DNA from: Octopus sinensis
Lineage: Eukaryota
NCBI RefSeq assembly: GCF_006345805.1
Contig: NC_042999.1
Location: 51,026,001 to 51,090,000, forward strand
Reading direction: 5' to 3'
DNA length: 64,000 nucleotides
Under the pieces are notes generated by a model, which did no database searches, was not told the DNA's origin, and saw only the letters and a list, made by a program, of their open reading frames with translations. Positions 30,043-43,308 of the stretch are shown piece after piece. A program made the position numbers and the translations under genes. Positions within the stretch are counted from its first letter, which is position 1, and every line of letters begins with the position of its first letter.

Positions 30043-30733
30043 GTACACGGGAACCTCAACAGACAACAGTTTTCGGGCAAACAGATCACATTGGCATAAT
30101 TTGAAGAAAGCTGTCAAAGTAGTTTCTGGTAGATTCAGAACTATGTTTCGAGCATTGTCTTCTATGAAATATACATGCTGGCCATTGGATGTCACTCATG
30201 GATTTTGAAACCCATGATGCACCACATTGCCTCATTAGAGGAAATATACCTGCCCAACTTATATTGCTGAATTTCATCTGCCTGCCTGCCCTCTTGTTCA
30301 AGTCCAAAAACTGCCATATGTGAGGTGTTATTGATGTATTTACATGCCTATTTAATACATTTCATAGAGTTGCATGACTTAACATTAACATGGGCCTGTA
30401 ATGTTTTAGACAGCAATGGGCTGTGGGGCACGAGGCTCCTGTTGTCTATTTCCACCCTTTGACTATTAACTTTGAGCTTGGCAGTGTTTAGGGTGATCAA
30501 AGGAAAATGAATGGGTTATTTCCCTTGGCTGTTAAAGGAAAATATATGGATTATATTTGGACTCATTCTCGCCATCCAATTATAGATTTTTATTAAACTT
30601 CAATGAACCAAGTAACAAACTGGATGTTACTTAAACATGTTTGCAAAGTTTCCCAAAAATTCGTTAACAGGTGTAGACGGCAACTTTACACAAACAGACG
30701 TCCAAACAGACAATTCGCATTTATATATATATA
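30041..30733 (-). mobile_element. possible degraded Helitron-like element
   Basis: Minus strand starts TATATATAAATGCGAATTGTCTGT, like the two Helitrons below, and ends CCCGTGTACTA. Confidence 0.3.
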
Positions 30734-31814
30734 TCATCATCGTTTAACGTCCGCTTTCCATGCTAGCAATATATATATAAATTAGAGAAGAACCACTTTG
30801 TAGCAATTCAACAATGATGCAATTAAATCATAATATATAGAAAAAATTAAATATTCAATAAAAAAATATAACTATAATTAAGTAAAGTACAAAATAATAA
30901 ATAAATAGCATATAATTAGTAAAAAGACTACACGTGTTTCATGAATTTTTCCCTGTAAGTTTGGAATCATATTCCCTAATATTATTATTATTATTATTAT
31001 TATTATGTATATATTATATATTATATACACATGCACACATATTTCCCTTAAAGGGGATCAGATAATATACAGATTGAAACAGTTTAGATTAAAAAGCATG
31101 ATCAATGGTTGGTTTTCTTGTAACGATTCATTTTATTTTTATAAAATGGTCTGGACTCTTTAGAAATTCTTTACACGTTGGTCAAGTCCACTTTTCAACT
31201 TTGCAAAGTTAATAAAATGAGTAGCTGACAAATCAGTGTGGTCAATATAATTGGCTAAAAATTCAGGATGGTGCTCCTGTACAGCCACTGTCTGGTGGTT
31301 GATACTAGAAAAAGAATAAAAGGAAGTAACAGTTGGGAATTGGTCGAGCTTAATTTTAGAACAAATGATAAGTGTGTGCTAGAATATTTAAAGAGGAAGT
31401 GCAGAAATACTATTTCTAGTTGAAGTATCTTTTTCCCCCCACTGTATAGACTCAATGTAAGGAAACAGATAAGCTGGTGCATTAGTCCAGTCATTATTTG
31501 ATGGACACAAGTAGGAAAAGCACTTTGAAACATGACTGCTATTGAGGCAGGTCAGTAAAGCTATTATATTTTTAATAATATCAATGTAGCCTATTGGATA
31601 ATAATGTTCAGTTTAGTATCAAGATTCAATGGATTGGATATGAGACGTTTTGGCATTGTTGTTTTGGCACTGCCTATTTGGCATTGCTGATTCAACTCTG
31701 ACTTATTTGACATCAGACGTCTTAATTTTTCTCTAGTTGTCTCCCTTTTTCCCTCCTCCACATGCTCTCTCTCTCTCTTTTTCTCTTTCAATCTTTCCAT
31801 CTCTCTTTCTCTCT

Positions 31815-33005
31815 CTTTTAATTGTTTCAGTCATTTGATTGTGGCCATGCTGGAGCACCGCCTTTAGTCGAGCAAATCGACCCCAGGACTTATTCTTTGT
31901 AAGCCCAGTACTTATTTTATCGGTCTCTTTTGCCGAACTGCTAAGTGACGGGGACGTAACCACACCAGCATCGGTTGTCAAGCAATGCTAGGGAGACAAA
32001 CATAGACACACAAACATACACATATAAATATATATACATATATGCGACAGGCTTCTTTCAGTTTCCGTCTACCAAATCCACTCACAAGGCATTGGTCGGC
32101 CCAGGGCTATAGCAGAAGACACTTGCCCAAGATGCCACGCAGTGGGACTGAACCCGGAACCATGTGGTTGGTTAGCAAGCTACTTACCACACAGCCACTT
32201 GTATCGTTTATCTTTTATCTTTTACTTGTTTCAGTCATTTGACTGTGGCCATGCTGGAGCACCGCCTTTAGTCGAGCAAATCGACCCCGGGACTATTCTT
32301 TGTAAGCCCAGTACTTATTTTATCGGTCTCTTTTGCCGAACTGCTAAGTGACGGGGACGTAACCACACCAGCATCGGTTGTCAAGCAATGCTAGGGAGAC
32401 AAACATAGACACACAAACATACACATATAAATATATATACATATATGCGACAGGCTTCTTTCAGTTTCCGTCTACCAAATCCACTCACAAGGCATTGGTC
32501 GGCCCAGGGCTATAGCAGAAGACACTTGCCCAAGATGCCACGCAGTGGGACTGAACCCGGAACCATGTGGTTGGTTAACAAGCTACTTACCACACAGCCA
32601 CTTGTATCGTTTATCTTTTATCTTTTACTTGTTTCAGTCATTTGACTGTGGCCATGCTGGAGCACCGCCTTTAGTCGAGCAAATCGACCCCGGGACTTAT
32701 TCTTTGTAAGCCCAGTACTTATTTTATCGGTCTCTTTTGCCGAACTGCTAAGTGACGGGGACGTAAACACACCAGCATCGGTTGTCAAGCAATGCTAGGG
32801 AGACAAACACAGGCACACAGACACACACATATAAATACATATACATATATGCGACAGGCTTCTTTCAGTTTCTGTCTACCAAATCCACTCACAAGGCATT
32901 GGTTGGCCCAGGGCTATAGCAGAAGACACTTGCCCAAGATGCCACGCAGTGGGACTGAACCCGGAACCATGTGGTTGGTTAACAAGCTACTTACCACACA
33001 GCCAC
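31815..33005 (-). mobile_element. head-to-tail trimer of SINE family A
   Basis: Period 403-404 nt with the identical junction CAGCCACTTGTATCGTTTATCTTTTATCTTTTAC; an older fourth copy follows to ~33385. Confidence 0.92.
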
Positions 33006-33857
33006 TTGTATCGTTTATCTTTTATCTTTTACTTGCTTCAGTCATTAGACTGTGGCCATGCTGGGGCAGTACTTATTTGTTCTTTTTTAACCCTGGTACT
33101 CATTCTATCAGTCTTTTTCACTGATCAGCCAAGTTATGGGAATACAAAGACTTCGACACCAGTTGTCAAGCAAACACAGACATAAAGGCACACATACATA
33201 TTTATATATATATATACACATATATATATGATGGACTTTTCAGTTTCCGTCTATGTAATCCACTCATGAAGTTTCGGTCAGTCCAAGGCTAAAGTACAAG
33301 ACGCTTGCCCAAAGTGCCATGCAATAGGACTGAATCTGGAACCATATGGTTGGTAAGCAAACTTCTTACCGCACTACTATGTCTGCACTATATGTGTATA
33401 TTTCTGTATATGCATGCATGTGTGTATGTGTGTTTGCCTCTAGTGCCAAAAAGTACTGTCAGCAAAACTGGTTGAATGTCCAGTCAGCCATGTTAAATAG
33501 CCAGCATCCAGTCAGCCATACTCAATCATCTCATTTTATCAATAGATTTTTATCATAAGAGATGCAAACATGATTGTCTGGTTAAGAAGTTTGTTTAGCA
33601 GTCATGTGGTCTTGAGATCAATCCTGCTGCACAACTTGGGCAAGTGTCACCTAACATAGCCTCATTAAATAAGGTTCTTGTCAGTGAAATGTGATACGTG
33701 AAATCTGTGTGGAATTCCTTCAGAGGGATCATTCATGTTTTTGGATGGCATACTTAATCCATTGCTAGGTTTAACACTACCACCTGCCATATAGGTGTTC
33801 ATTTATTTATTTAATCTTTTATCTTTTACTTGTTTCAGTTATAGCCATGCCTGCACA

Positions 33858-34209
33858 TCTCTATATATATAAACGGCAAAATGTCTGTGTGTGTGTGTCC
33901 TTTATACAAATCCACAATTTTTCAGTTAGAGGGCTTGCACTTTCTGTGGTCATTCAAAACTGTTCAAGGGTGGTCGTGCACACCTTTACATTTCTCCAGT
34001 CACCCCGCAAAGCCATTAAAAAATCAATAGAAGTGACTCTTTTGTGAATTTTCTATCCAAAACCCAATCAAAATGCCCGAAACTTGATACGCCAATTGAA
34101 TGCCAGCTAGCTGTATGTGATTGGTCGGAGATTTGGACAGTACTTGCATGTATTTGCACATGCACGCAGCTGTATATGCATGCACTAGCACTATGACCCG
34201 GCTTGCTAG
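33858..34209 (+). mobile_element. non-autonomous Helitron
   Basis: A|TCTCTATATATATAAAC ... GCTAG|T, with no TSD. Confidence 0.7.
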
Positions 34210-34945
34210 TATAATATAAAAGTATAAAATTTTTGCAAGTATTTCTGCCATAATTGCTTTCATAATTGTTTCCTATCCTTAAATCCTTAAAATGTTTTAG
34301 CCCGAAGGCCGCGGCCATAAGCATGAATTCATTTTCCTTTTCAAGTAAAGGAACTGAAGAAGTAGTGACCTTCATGGGTTTCACAAAGACACTAACATCT
34401 AAAGGGAAATAATTCTAATAAAGTAATTGAAACTGGGTCACAAATTCATTTCAACTGAAGCTAACTTACACTTGACAATGTTCAGCATAACCTACTTTAA
34501 TTATAACAAGTTTGATGAACACCTTTTAATTGATTTTAACAAGATCCACTGTCTTCACAATAATATGAATTAGAACAAAACACAATACAAATTTGATTGT
34601 AATATTCCCCTCAAATAGCATTTATTTTACCTTTGCCTTTGCCAAACAACTGCCGTGTTTTGCAAGATTATCCTCTTGGAAGATTATCCTCTTGGAAGAT
34701 TATTATAGTCGATAGCTTCCTCTAAATTTGGAGGAATATTTCTGAGTATTTTTTCCACAAAAGACTGTTAATCAAATCCTACACTTTCCTTGCAACATTC
34801 CACATCAGTCAACACAATATCCAGATCCATTCTTATTTCTTTCTAAGCTTCTAAATAAAATCAATAAGACCAGAATGTAAAGGGCTCATAACTTCTCTTG
34901 CCTCAGAATAACATCCTTAGTCTACTACTTAATATCTTTTGTTAA

Positions 34946-34947
<2 letters not shown>

Positions 34948-34990
<43 letters not shown>

Positions 34991-35111
34991 CCTCTCTCTC
35001 TCTCCCTCTCTATCTATCTGTTTATCTGTCTATCTATCTATATATCTATCTATCTATCTATCTATCTATCAATATATCTCAGTCTCTCTGTTTCTTTCTG
35101 TTTATCTCTTC

Positions 35112-35144
<33 letters not shown>

Positions 35145-35173
35145 AAATCTCTCTATCTCTCTATCTCACTCTC

Positions 35174-35253
<80 letters not shown>

Positions 35254-35540
35254 CCTACCTAAATATTTCAGTCTCTCTTATTCATTCTATTTATCTCTTC
35301 CTTTCACAACTTCACAAATACTTATCTCTCCTTTTCTTTCTTTCCCTCTCCTTTCTTCTCCTCATTTCTTACACTTTCTCTCTCTCTCTCTCTTTCTCTC
35401 TTTCTTTCTATCCATCTATCTCTCTATTTTTATCTTTATCTATCTATCTATCTATCTATCCATCTATCTATCTATCTACCTACTTCTATCTCTCCAGTTG
35501 ACTACATATGCTTTCCCATTTTCCTTTTCTTTACTTTCAT

Positions 35541-35583
<43 letters not shown>

Positions 35584-35585
35584 AG
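34948..35585. repeat. (CT)n/(CTAT)n polypyrimidine-rich microsatellite block
   Basis: Read directly from the sequence. Confidence 0.95.
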
Positions 35586-36535
35586 TCTTTCTGTCTCCCA
35601 CACTCTTCCCCTCTCTCTCCTACTTCCTTTCTTTCACTTTTTCTTTACTCTCTCTTCTTTGCCTACCTACTTTTCTCTTTCTTTCTTTTCTATTTTTACT
35701 CTGATCACTCCAATCTTTTTAACTCTATTTCCATACAATTCCAACCATTTTCATCCTTTCTCACCCTCCTTTTCTCCTGGTTTCTGTTTTTTTTTTTTCC
35801 CCTCCATTTTTCCATCATCTCCCTGCCCTTGAGAATTTAGCATGAACAGCTAAAAAAAGTCAACAAAACTCTAATGAAAAGAACGAAACAAAACACTATG
35901 TCATGCCATGTGATGTGTCTAAAAAATGACTAATAGAAATTTTCTCTGATTACAACAACTCAACCAAATTTGTTGAGTGAAAACATAATCCAAATCCTTC
36001 TTTATATCAAATTTTCTAAAGTGACATCGACATTTGATAATTATTAGCGTCAATAGTTAGCAAAACCAAATGTTACTGTTATTATAATTGCATGGAACAA
36101 AGTTCTGAGACCAAATAATCAGTTTCTAATCCAGCATGTCTTTGTACAATTAATTCCAAACTGAATATTTCCTTTTCATATTAAGAATTGCTTTCAAACA
36201 AAGAGAAATTGATGTCTTGACTTGATAACATTTCTAAAGAGGTAAATATATGGTTATATAATAATAATAAATATCCTTATGAGATTTTGATGGGTTTCCA
36301 TGAAAGGGTTGGTGAATCAATTGAGGGTGTTGTTGTTGTTGTTGTTGTTGTTGCTGTTATTGTTGCTGCTACTGTTGCTGTTACTACTTTTGTTGTTCTT
36401 GCTCTTGTTTAACCCCAAGCTACTTCTGATCACCAAATCTTTGCACAGAAGCAAGCAGCATTCAAACGCAAATTTAACAAGCTACATCTTAGGGCTTCCC
36501 AAACTACAAAGTGGCTTAAAATAATTAAAACGTAT

Positions 36536-36930
36536 ACTCTTTTACTCTTTTACTTGTTTCAGTCATTTGACTGTGGCCATGCTGGAGCACCACCTTTAGT
36601 CGAGCAAATCGACCCCAGGACTTTATACTTTGTAAGTCTAGTACTTATTCTATCGGTCTCTTTTGCCGAACCGCTAAGTGATGGGGACATAAACACACCA
36701 ACATCGGTTGTCAAGCAATGTTGGGGGGGACAAACACAGACACACAAACATATACACACACATACATATATACGACAGGCTTCTTTCAGTTTCTGTCTAC
36801 CAAATCCACTCACACGGCTTCGGTCAGCCCGAGGCTATAGTAGAAGACACTTGCCCAAGGTGCCACGGGGACTGAACCCAGAACCATGTGGTTGGTTAGC
36901 AAGCTACTTACCAAACAGCCACTCCTATGC
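36536..36930 (-). mobile_element. SINE family A
   Basis: Full-length reverse match. Confidence 0.9.
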
Positions 36931-37624
36931 CCATATGTTTCCAATTATCTTTTATCTTTCATTTTTGGCTTGTTTTAGTTATTGGACCATGACTATGCTA
37001 AGGCACTGCTTTGAAGGGTTTAGTCATACAAATCAACCCCAGAACCTATTATTTTAAACTCTGGTACTTATTCTACAGGTTTCTTTTACCAAACTACTAA
37101 GTTGTTCCATGTAAACAAACCAACTCCAAGTAAGGTCTTTGATTTGAAGGTACCTTCCTCATTACCTCTCACCAAGTTTCAAAGGCCCTGCAAAGAATCA
37201 TCTGTTCTGCCCTTCTTTCATGATGAAGAAAAAGAGAAAAAAGGTTTCTCTATTGGCTTGAGGTTTTGTTGAGTTTCAGGAATGGATTTAATTGATCTGT
37301 AGAAGATGTTATTGTTTTCAACTCCTAATACCAGCATTGGTGAAGGTGTGTGACCTAGTGGTTTGGCTATTGAACTCATGGTTGCTAGATTGTGGGTTCA
37401 ATTCCTTGACCATGTGGCATGATTTGTTCTTGTTATGTCATCAGGGATTTAAATATCTTGTCACCAATAATGTTACAACAATGTTGGGGTGTGCATAAGG
37501 GTGCAGAATAGTATTACCCAAATAAATATTTGGATATGGTTATCTAGAATAACCTTTGCAGAATTAATATGTTCACACAGAACATGCACCGTACTACACC
37601 AATCCAATACAAATGATCAACTCA

Positions 37625-37705
37625 GTCAACTGCCTGCTGTCAACTGCTGACTGTCAATTGCCAAATGTCAAATGCTAACTGTCAACTGCCAACTGTCAAC
37701 TCTGA
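37625..37705. repeat. 14-bp minisatellite GTCAACTGCCAACT x~5.5
   Basis: Read directly from the sequence. Confidence 0.8.
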
Positions 37706-38024
37706 CAGTTCTTTATTTTATTGAAATGTGTCAGTCCACTTTTAGTCATGCAGGGGTGGTGATCCTTCCACAACAGTTCTTGAGCAAAACCCTTCATTTC
37801 ACATTACTGAAATAGTTACCCTTTCAATCAGCAGGGAATATTGGCCTGCTGGCCTAGCCAGCAAGGTGGTGTCGCTCGAAGGCAAAAGAAATGATGCAAA
37901 GTGCATTGTGACAAGCAATGTGTAACAACATCTGATATTCTAGTCAGTCTTGTGATCATACACTCATGTGATATCAGCATTGATCATATAAGCCTAAGTT
38001 CAAAGGATATATAGCTATGATCAC

Positions 38025-38437
38025 TCTATCACTCCACCACCGCTCATGTCTCTTTGAGACATTTAGAAATTTACTATTTCTAATTACGGTGACCAGTGAA
38101 TAGATTTCACTGTAAATATATATATTTGTGAAGGCTGGTCAGGCACCTCAGTCAGCAGATCTCACTATCCTGTGCTGATGATGGGTTAAGACCCAGAAAC
38201 ATGCATGTCTTCAGGTGTGAATCTTGGCTGGTGGGGTTACTTGCCTCCCTTTCACAAATATAAGGACACAGGAAATGTGTCAAAGCCGACAGGAAGCGTC
38301 GATGCTTCCTAGGGCTAAACAGCAGTGGTGTAATTCCCATACGGGACTGTCACATTATGTTGACAGTATACAACCATTCTATCGCTCCACCACCGCTCAT
38401 GTCTCTTTGAGACAGTTAGAAATTTAATATTTCTAAT
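38025..38437 (+). mobile_element. retrozyme-like element: 353-nt unit plus 60-nt terminal redundancy
   Basis: 38025-38084 is repeated at 38378-38437 (3 mismatches). One central HHR and many internal hairpins. Confidence 0.75.
38169..38215 (+). ncRNA. type I hammerhead ribozyme
   Basis: cctgtg-CTGATGA-TGGGT-taag-ACCCA-GAAA-CATGCATG-TC-ttcagg. Predicted GUC cleavage after 38209; one mismatch in helix I. Confidence 0.85.
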
Positions 38438-41272
38438 CATCCTGCCTTAGTTTTGGGAATAATATCTTCCAGACTCCTTTATTCAGTGTTACATTTTTTA
38501 TGACAGTAAGATGTGATTTGAAAAAAATTTGGCTGTTATTTAGCAGGTTGGGCCACTACACTATGCTTCCTTATTGATTCATTACATTAATTTCAATTTT
38601 TGGCTCAAGGCCAGCAATTTTAAGGAAAGGGTAAGTCAATTATATCAACCCCAGTGATCAATGGTATGTATTTTATCATCCCAAGAAGATGAAAGATAGA
38701 GTTGAACTTGGCATGATTTGAACTCAGAACATAAGGATGGACAAAACGCCTCAAAGCATTTTGTCCAATATAATATTAATTCTGCCAGCTCACTGCCTCT
38801 CATTAGTTCATTATATTAAAAGTATTATATTAATAGTATTCAGTTGGCCAGAGACACCTACAGAATATCATGTGACTTTAGCAAAAATTCTTTTTGGATT
38901 TCAAAATATATTACTTAATAAATTGCAGAAAAGAATAAAAAAATTAATTTTCATTTTTACCAAAGCAAAATTAAAATTACTAACAGCAAAATTTTTTGGT
39001 GTAAATATTTTTAAATGAAGATACATTTCTACTTCTGATGGATTTTTATTAAAACATTTCATGTTATACAAATTATATCATAGTTAATTTCATCTAGGCT
39101 ATATTCTGTAATTATAATGAATTTCACATCAAATTTACTAATCTCTATTTTATTCTTATTCTCAATGCTAAGTGTTATTCTTTATTTGCCACTTTATTAA
39201 GTATCATTTTTACAGTTTCTCTGAGGAGGTTTTAGTGTTGTATGTATGTGGGTGTTACATTGTATGTTTGATTTTATTAAATATTGTTTAAATCAGTTGC
39301 TAACATCATAATAATATTTTTTACAGATTCCAGAGAAATTTACCCAGAAGATATGAAGATGTAAGAACCAATACAAAATGAGCTATCACCTACAGAAACA
39401 TAACAGGGATGAAATATCCACTCAAAAATATTAACTAAATATTAGATAAAAAATATGAATGTAATAAAAATTAAAATATTAAAATTCCAATTCCTTTTGA
39501 AAAATCCTCCTTTCATTAAGAAAATAATTAATCAGGTGTCAGAAGTATATGTTACAGGATAAATGATTTTTCTCCAATAAGAGTAAAATTTGACTATGCA
39601 TTGTTATGTATCAGTAATCTGACAGGGTGGACTAAATTAGTAACTCATCACTTGTTTTTTAATCACAACTCAGACTTGATTGAGCAGACCTATAGTCAAA
39701 GATTTTCTGACCTTGAGCATTCCATCTTTTGTTTTAAAACATAGTCTATTGAAGACCACATTATCTAATAAGACTTTTCTTTTCTTTTTTTTTTTATGTT
39801 AGGGTACATGTTGAAGAAAATTTGGCTGCTATTTCTAGTGAGTTGAGTGACCACAGAGAGATTGCCCTTCATTGGCTTGTAAATTTTGTGCTGATATTTG
39901 GTACAATTGTCTCATTAAGGATCCCTTTCTTTATATGACTTACAGGAGAAAGGGTAGCACCTGTGATCTTTTGAAGGACCTCAAAGACTTGGTTGGAGGG
40001 AAAAAGTAAAGTTATCCTTAGACCAGAGACTCTGCCTGAATATTTACAACAAAGTGGATATCATTAAAGGCATCAAGGGTCAGGTGATGTTAAACCAGGC
40101 TGTGGATTAATTCATTTGTGCATTCCCTAATTCACATAATTGTAGAGAATCAATAGAGTATCTGGTAATCTTATCTGCAATACATAGTGTTCTATACATA
40201 GATTTCTTTCATTCACAAACAGCACTGAAAGGAAAGTTGAACACCAGCTTTATGAGCTTGTGAAAACATCATTTATCATGCAAGTTCACATATATATAAT
40301 CAATAATAATTATATTCTCTCATGTTGAGTCAGGTCTAAGAAATCTTATTTTCTTTTCATGCTCAGAGTCTCAGAACAATAGCAGTAATATAGCACATAA
40401 CAATGAAGCCATTTCTTTACTTACCAATCTGAATCTAACAATTTTTGGTAGCAATGAAGAATTTGAAATGTTTCTAAACGTGTTGCTCAGCAAAGAAGAC
40501 TTCAGTTGAGATTGAAATACAAAAGCTTGATGGATTATCTTGAAACCTGATAAGACAAGAAAACTAATGTAGACAGAATTTTGATAGAAATAAAGAAGGG
40601 AAATTACATGCTTTCTATTATAGTTTATATAAATCTTATGAAAATAATTTTTCAATGCTAACTATTCATTCCAGAATATTCTAACTCTATGTGAAAATAT
40701 CATTGCTACTTCAATACTGGTAAACAACAAGGTAAAGCATTTCATGTGTAAATTACAGACTGAAAATTGGGAAATAGGTATATATCATATACCAGACATT
40801 CTATGCCCATTTCAATTATCCTTCTCTTGTTGAAAATCAATAAACAATATAGTTTAAACGTTCTAAAGAACTGCAAAATATAAAAAAGGGTAAAAAGAGA
40901 AATGGAAAAATTCTAATGGACTAATGAATTAGTCTTTAATCTAAATTGTAGTTCTGGTCAACAAATTTTTTGCTTTGAATAAAGTTTCCTGAAAACCATT
41001 AATAGTCAAGGAAACCAAGTTGTCTTTCCAAAACTACCAACTGCCTTTATACGTATATGTATTGACAATTAACGGAAATAGATGTTCACTCAATTGTATA
41101 AACATTACTGTGTATTTCAAGATGTTTTGATAGACAGAAAAAAAATTGAAAAAAAAGACATCAAATAAAATGAAAATACAATCAGAAAATAAAAATGTGT
41201 GAATATTGGTCTGTCCTTGTTAGCTTGTCATTTATATACCCCTTTCAATATATTTCTGTTTAAAAATTTATG

Positions 41273-41379
<107 letters not shown>

Positions 41380-41415
41380 GACGACGACAACAACAACATG
41401 TATGTACACACACTC

Positions 41416-41454
<39 letters not shown>

Positions 41455-41456
<2 letters not shown>

Positions 41457-41796
41457 AATAATCCATTGATGGCGTTTATAAATATTTTAATGCATCAGTA
41501 CAAGTGTTTCCACTAATCACATGTTTCTAAAGATCAAAGTCTATATTTCTGTGATGATTACAGTAGTCTGCAGTATCCACGGACATCAGGTGGATCATGG
41601 TCATGTGTTCATTTTGTTGGGTGATATGGCATTAACAGAATTCATGAACATGATCTACTCAATGTCCATGGATGCTACATACTGTACTGTAGTCAGCCTA
41701 GGGACACGGTCCTTGATCTTAAGAAATACGTGATTTGTGAAAACACGTGTAGTGAGGCATTAAAATATTTAGGAATTCCATCCATGGATTATCATT
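41455..41796. repeat. ~340 bp imperfect palindrome with HHR-type 3' halves
   Basis: TACAAGTGTTTCCACTAATCACATGTTTCTAAAGATCAA mirrors TTGATCTTAAGAAATACGTGATTTGTGAAAACACGTGTA; the inner arms also pair. Confidence 0.75.
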
Positions 41797-42148
41797 TTTA
41801 TTAGTATTATGACTAAGGTGGCGAGCTGGCAGAATCATTAGCACACCAGGTGAAATGCTTAGCAGTATTTCGCCTGCTGCTACGTTCTGAGTTCAAATTC
41901 CGCTGAGGTCGACTTTGCCTTTCATCCTTTTGGTGGTCAATAAATTAAGTACCAGTTGAACACTGGGGTGGATATAATCAAGCTGGCATTATTTGGCTGT
42001 AGCCAGCATAATAAAATAGGAACTTTCAAATGCATATTCAAAACATTTCCCATAAACGAACTTAAAGGATATATATATAAACAAAACATTCAAACACTGA
42101 GATTTGAAATCAGATGTCACTACTGTTCATATCATCTGTGGATAAATT

Positions 42149-43308
42149 TTAACCCTTTTGTTACCATATTTCTGTTGAGATACCCTGTGTTTCTTTCAAT
42201 TAATTTTAAATATAACAAAGAATTAGTAAAATAATTTAGTTTATCATTAAGCTAGTGTTAGGAACATAAATTGTGACTAAGGTTTGGTGGAAGATTTTAA
42301 TTCAGAACTTTTGAAAACAAGACATTTGTATTACAGAACCAGAGGCGGTTTCAGGCAGGTTGGTATCAAAAGGGTTAAAATTGATGATATCACCAGCAGT
42401 GACATAGGTGGATCGCCGGCACAACAGCATTATATAGCTATGAATTATAAATTTGTATGAAGCATAAGGATGCTTAACAAACATCCACCTGCTAGAAATA
42501 AGAGCTAAAGCCTTAAAAATATATATATATATATAAGAACTTAGATTTGGGTACAAACTGTTAAACCCTAAAAAAAATCTTTTTCTCTGGCTTCCCAATG
42601 AATTCTTTCTAATATTTCTAATATTTAATGAGATGGATACATCAAAACCAGTAATATTTTATTAACCCTTTTGTTACCATATTTCTGTTGAAATGCTCTG
42701 TGTTTCTTTCATTAATTTTAAATATAACAAAGAATTAGTAAAATAATTTAGTTTATCATTAAGCTAGTGTTAGGAACATAAATTGTGACTAAGGTTTGGT
42801 GGAAGATTTTAATTCAGAACTTTTGAAAACAAGACATTTGTATTACAGAACCAGAGGCGGTTTCAGGCAGGTTGGTATCAAAAGGGTAAAATTGATGATA
42901 TCACCAGCAGTGACATAGGTGGATCGCAGGCACAACAGCATTATATAACTATGAATTATAAATTTGTATGAAGCATAAGGATGCTTAACAAACATCCACC
43001 TGCTAGAAATAAGAGCTAAAGCCTTAAAAATATATATATATATATAAGAACTTAGATTTGGGTACAAACTGTTAAACCCTAAAAAAAATCTTTTTTCTCT
43101 CTGGCTTCCCAATGAATTCTTTCTAATATTTCTAATATTTAATGAGATGGATACATCAAAACCAGTAATATTTTATTAACCCTTTTGTTACCATATTTCT
43201 GTTGAAATGCTCTGTGTTTCTTTCAATTAATTTTAAATATAACAAAGAATTTAGTAAAATAACTGAGTTATTATTAAGCTAGTGTTAGGAACATAAACTG
43301 TAACTAAG
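42149..43308. repeat. 513/514-bp tandem duplication; each unit is a piggyBac MITE family 1 copy plus a spacer
   Basis: TTAACCCTTTTGTTACC at 42149, 42662 and 43176. First MITE spans 42153-42374 with a TTAA TSD. Confidence 0.92.

Noticed and set aside
31268-31423. 51-codon ORF MVLLYSHC...NTISS
   Set aside because: No recognisable homology or supporting splice structure.
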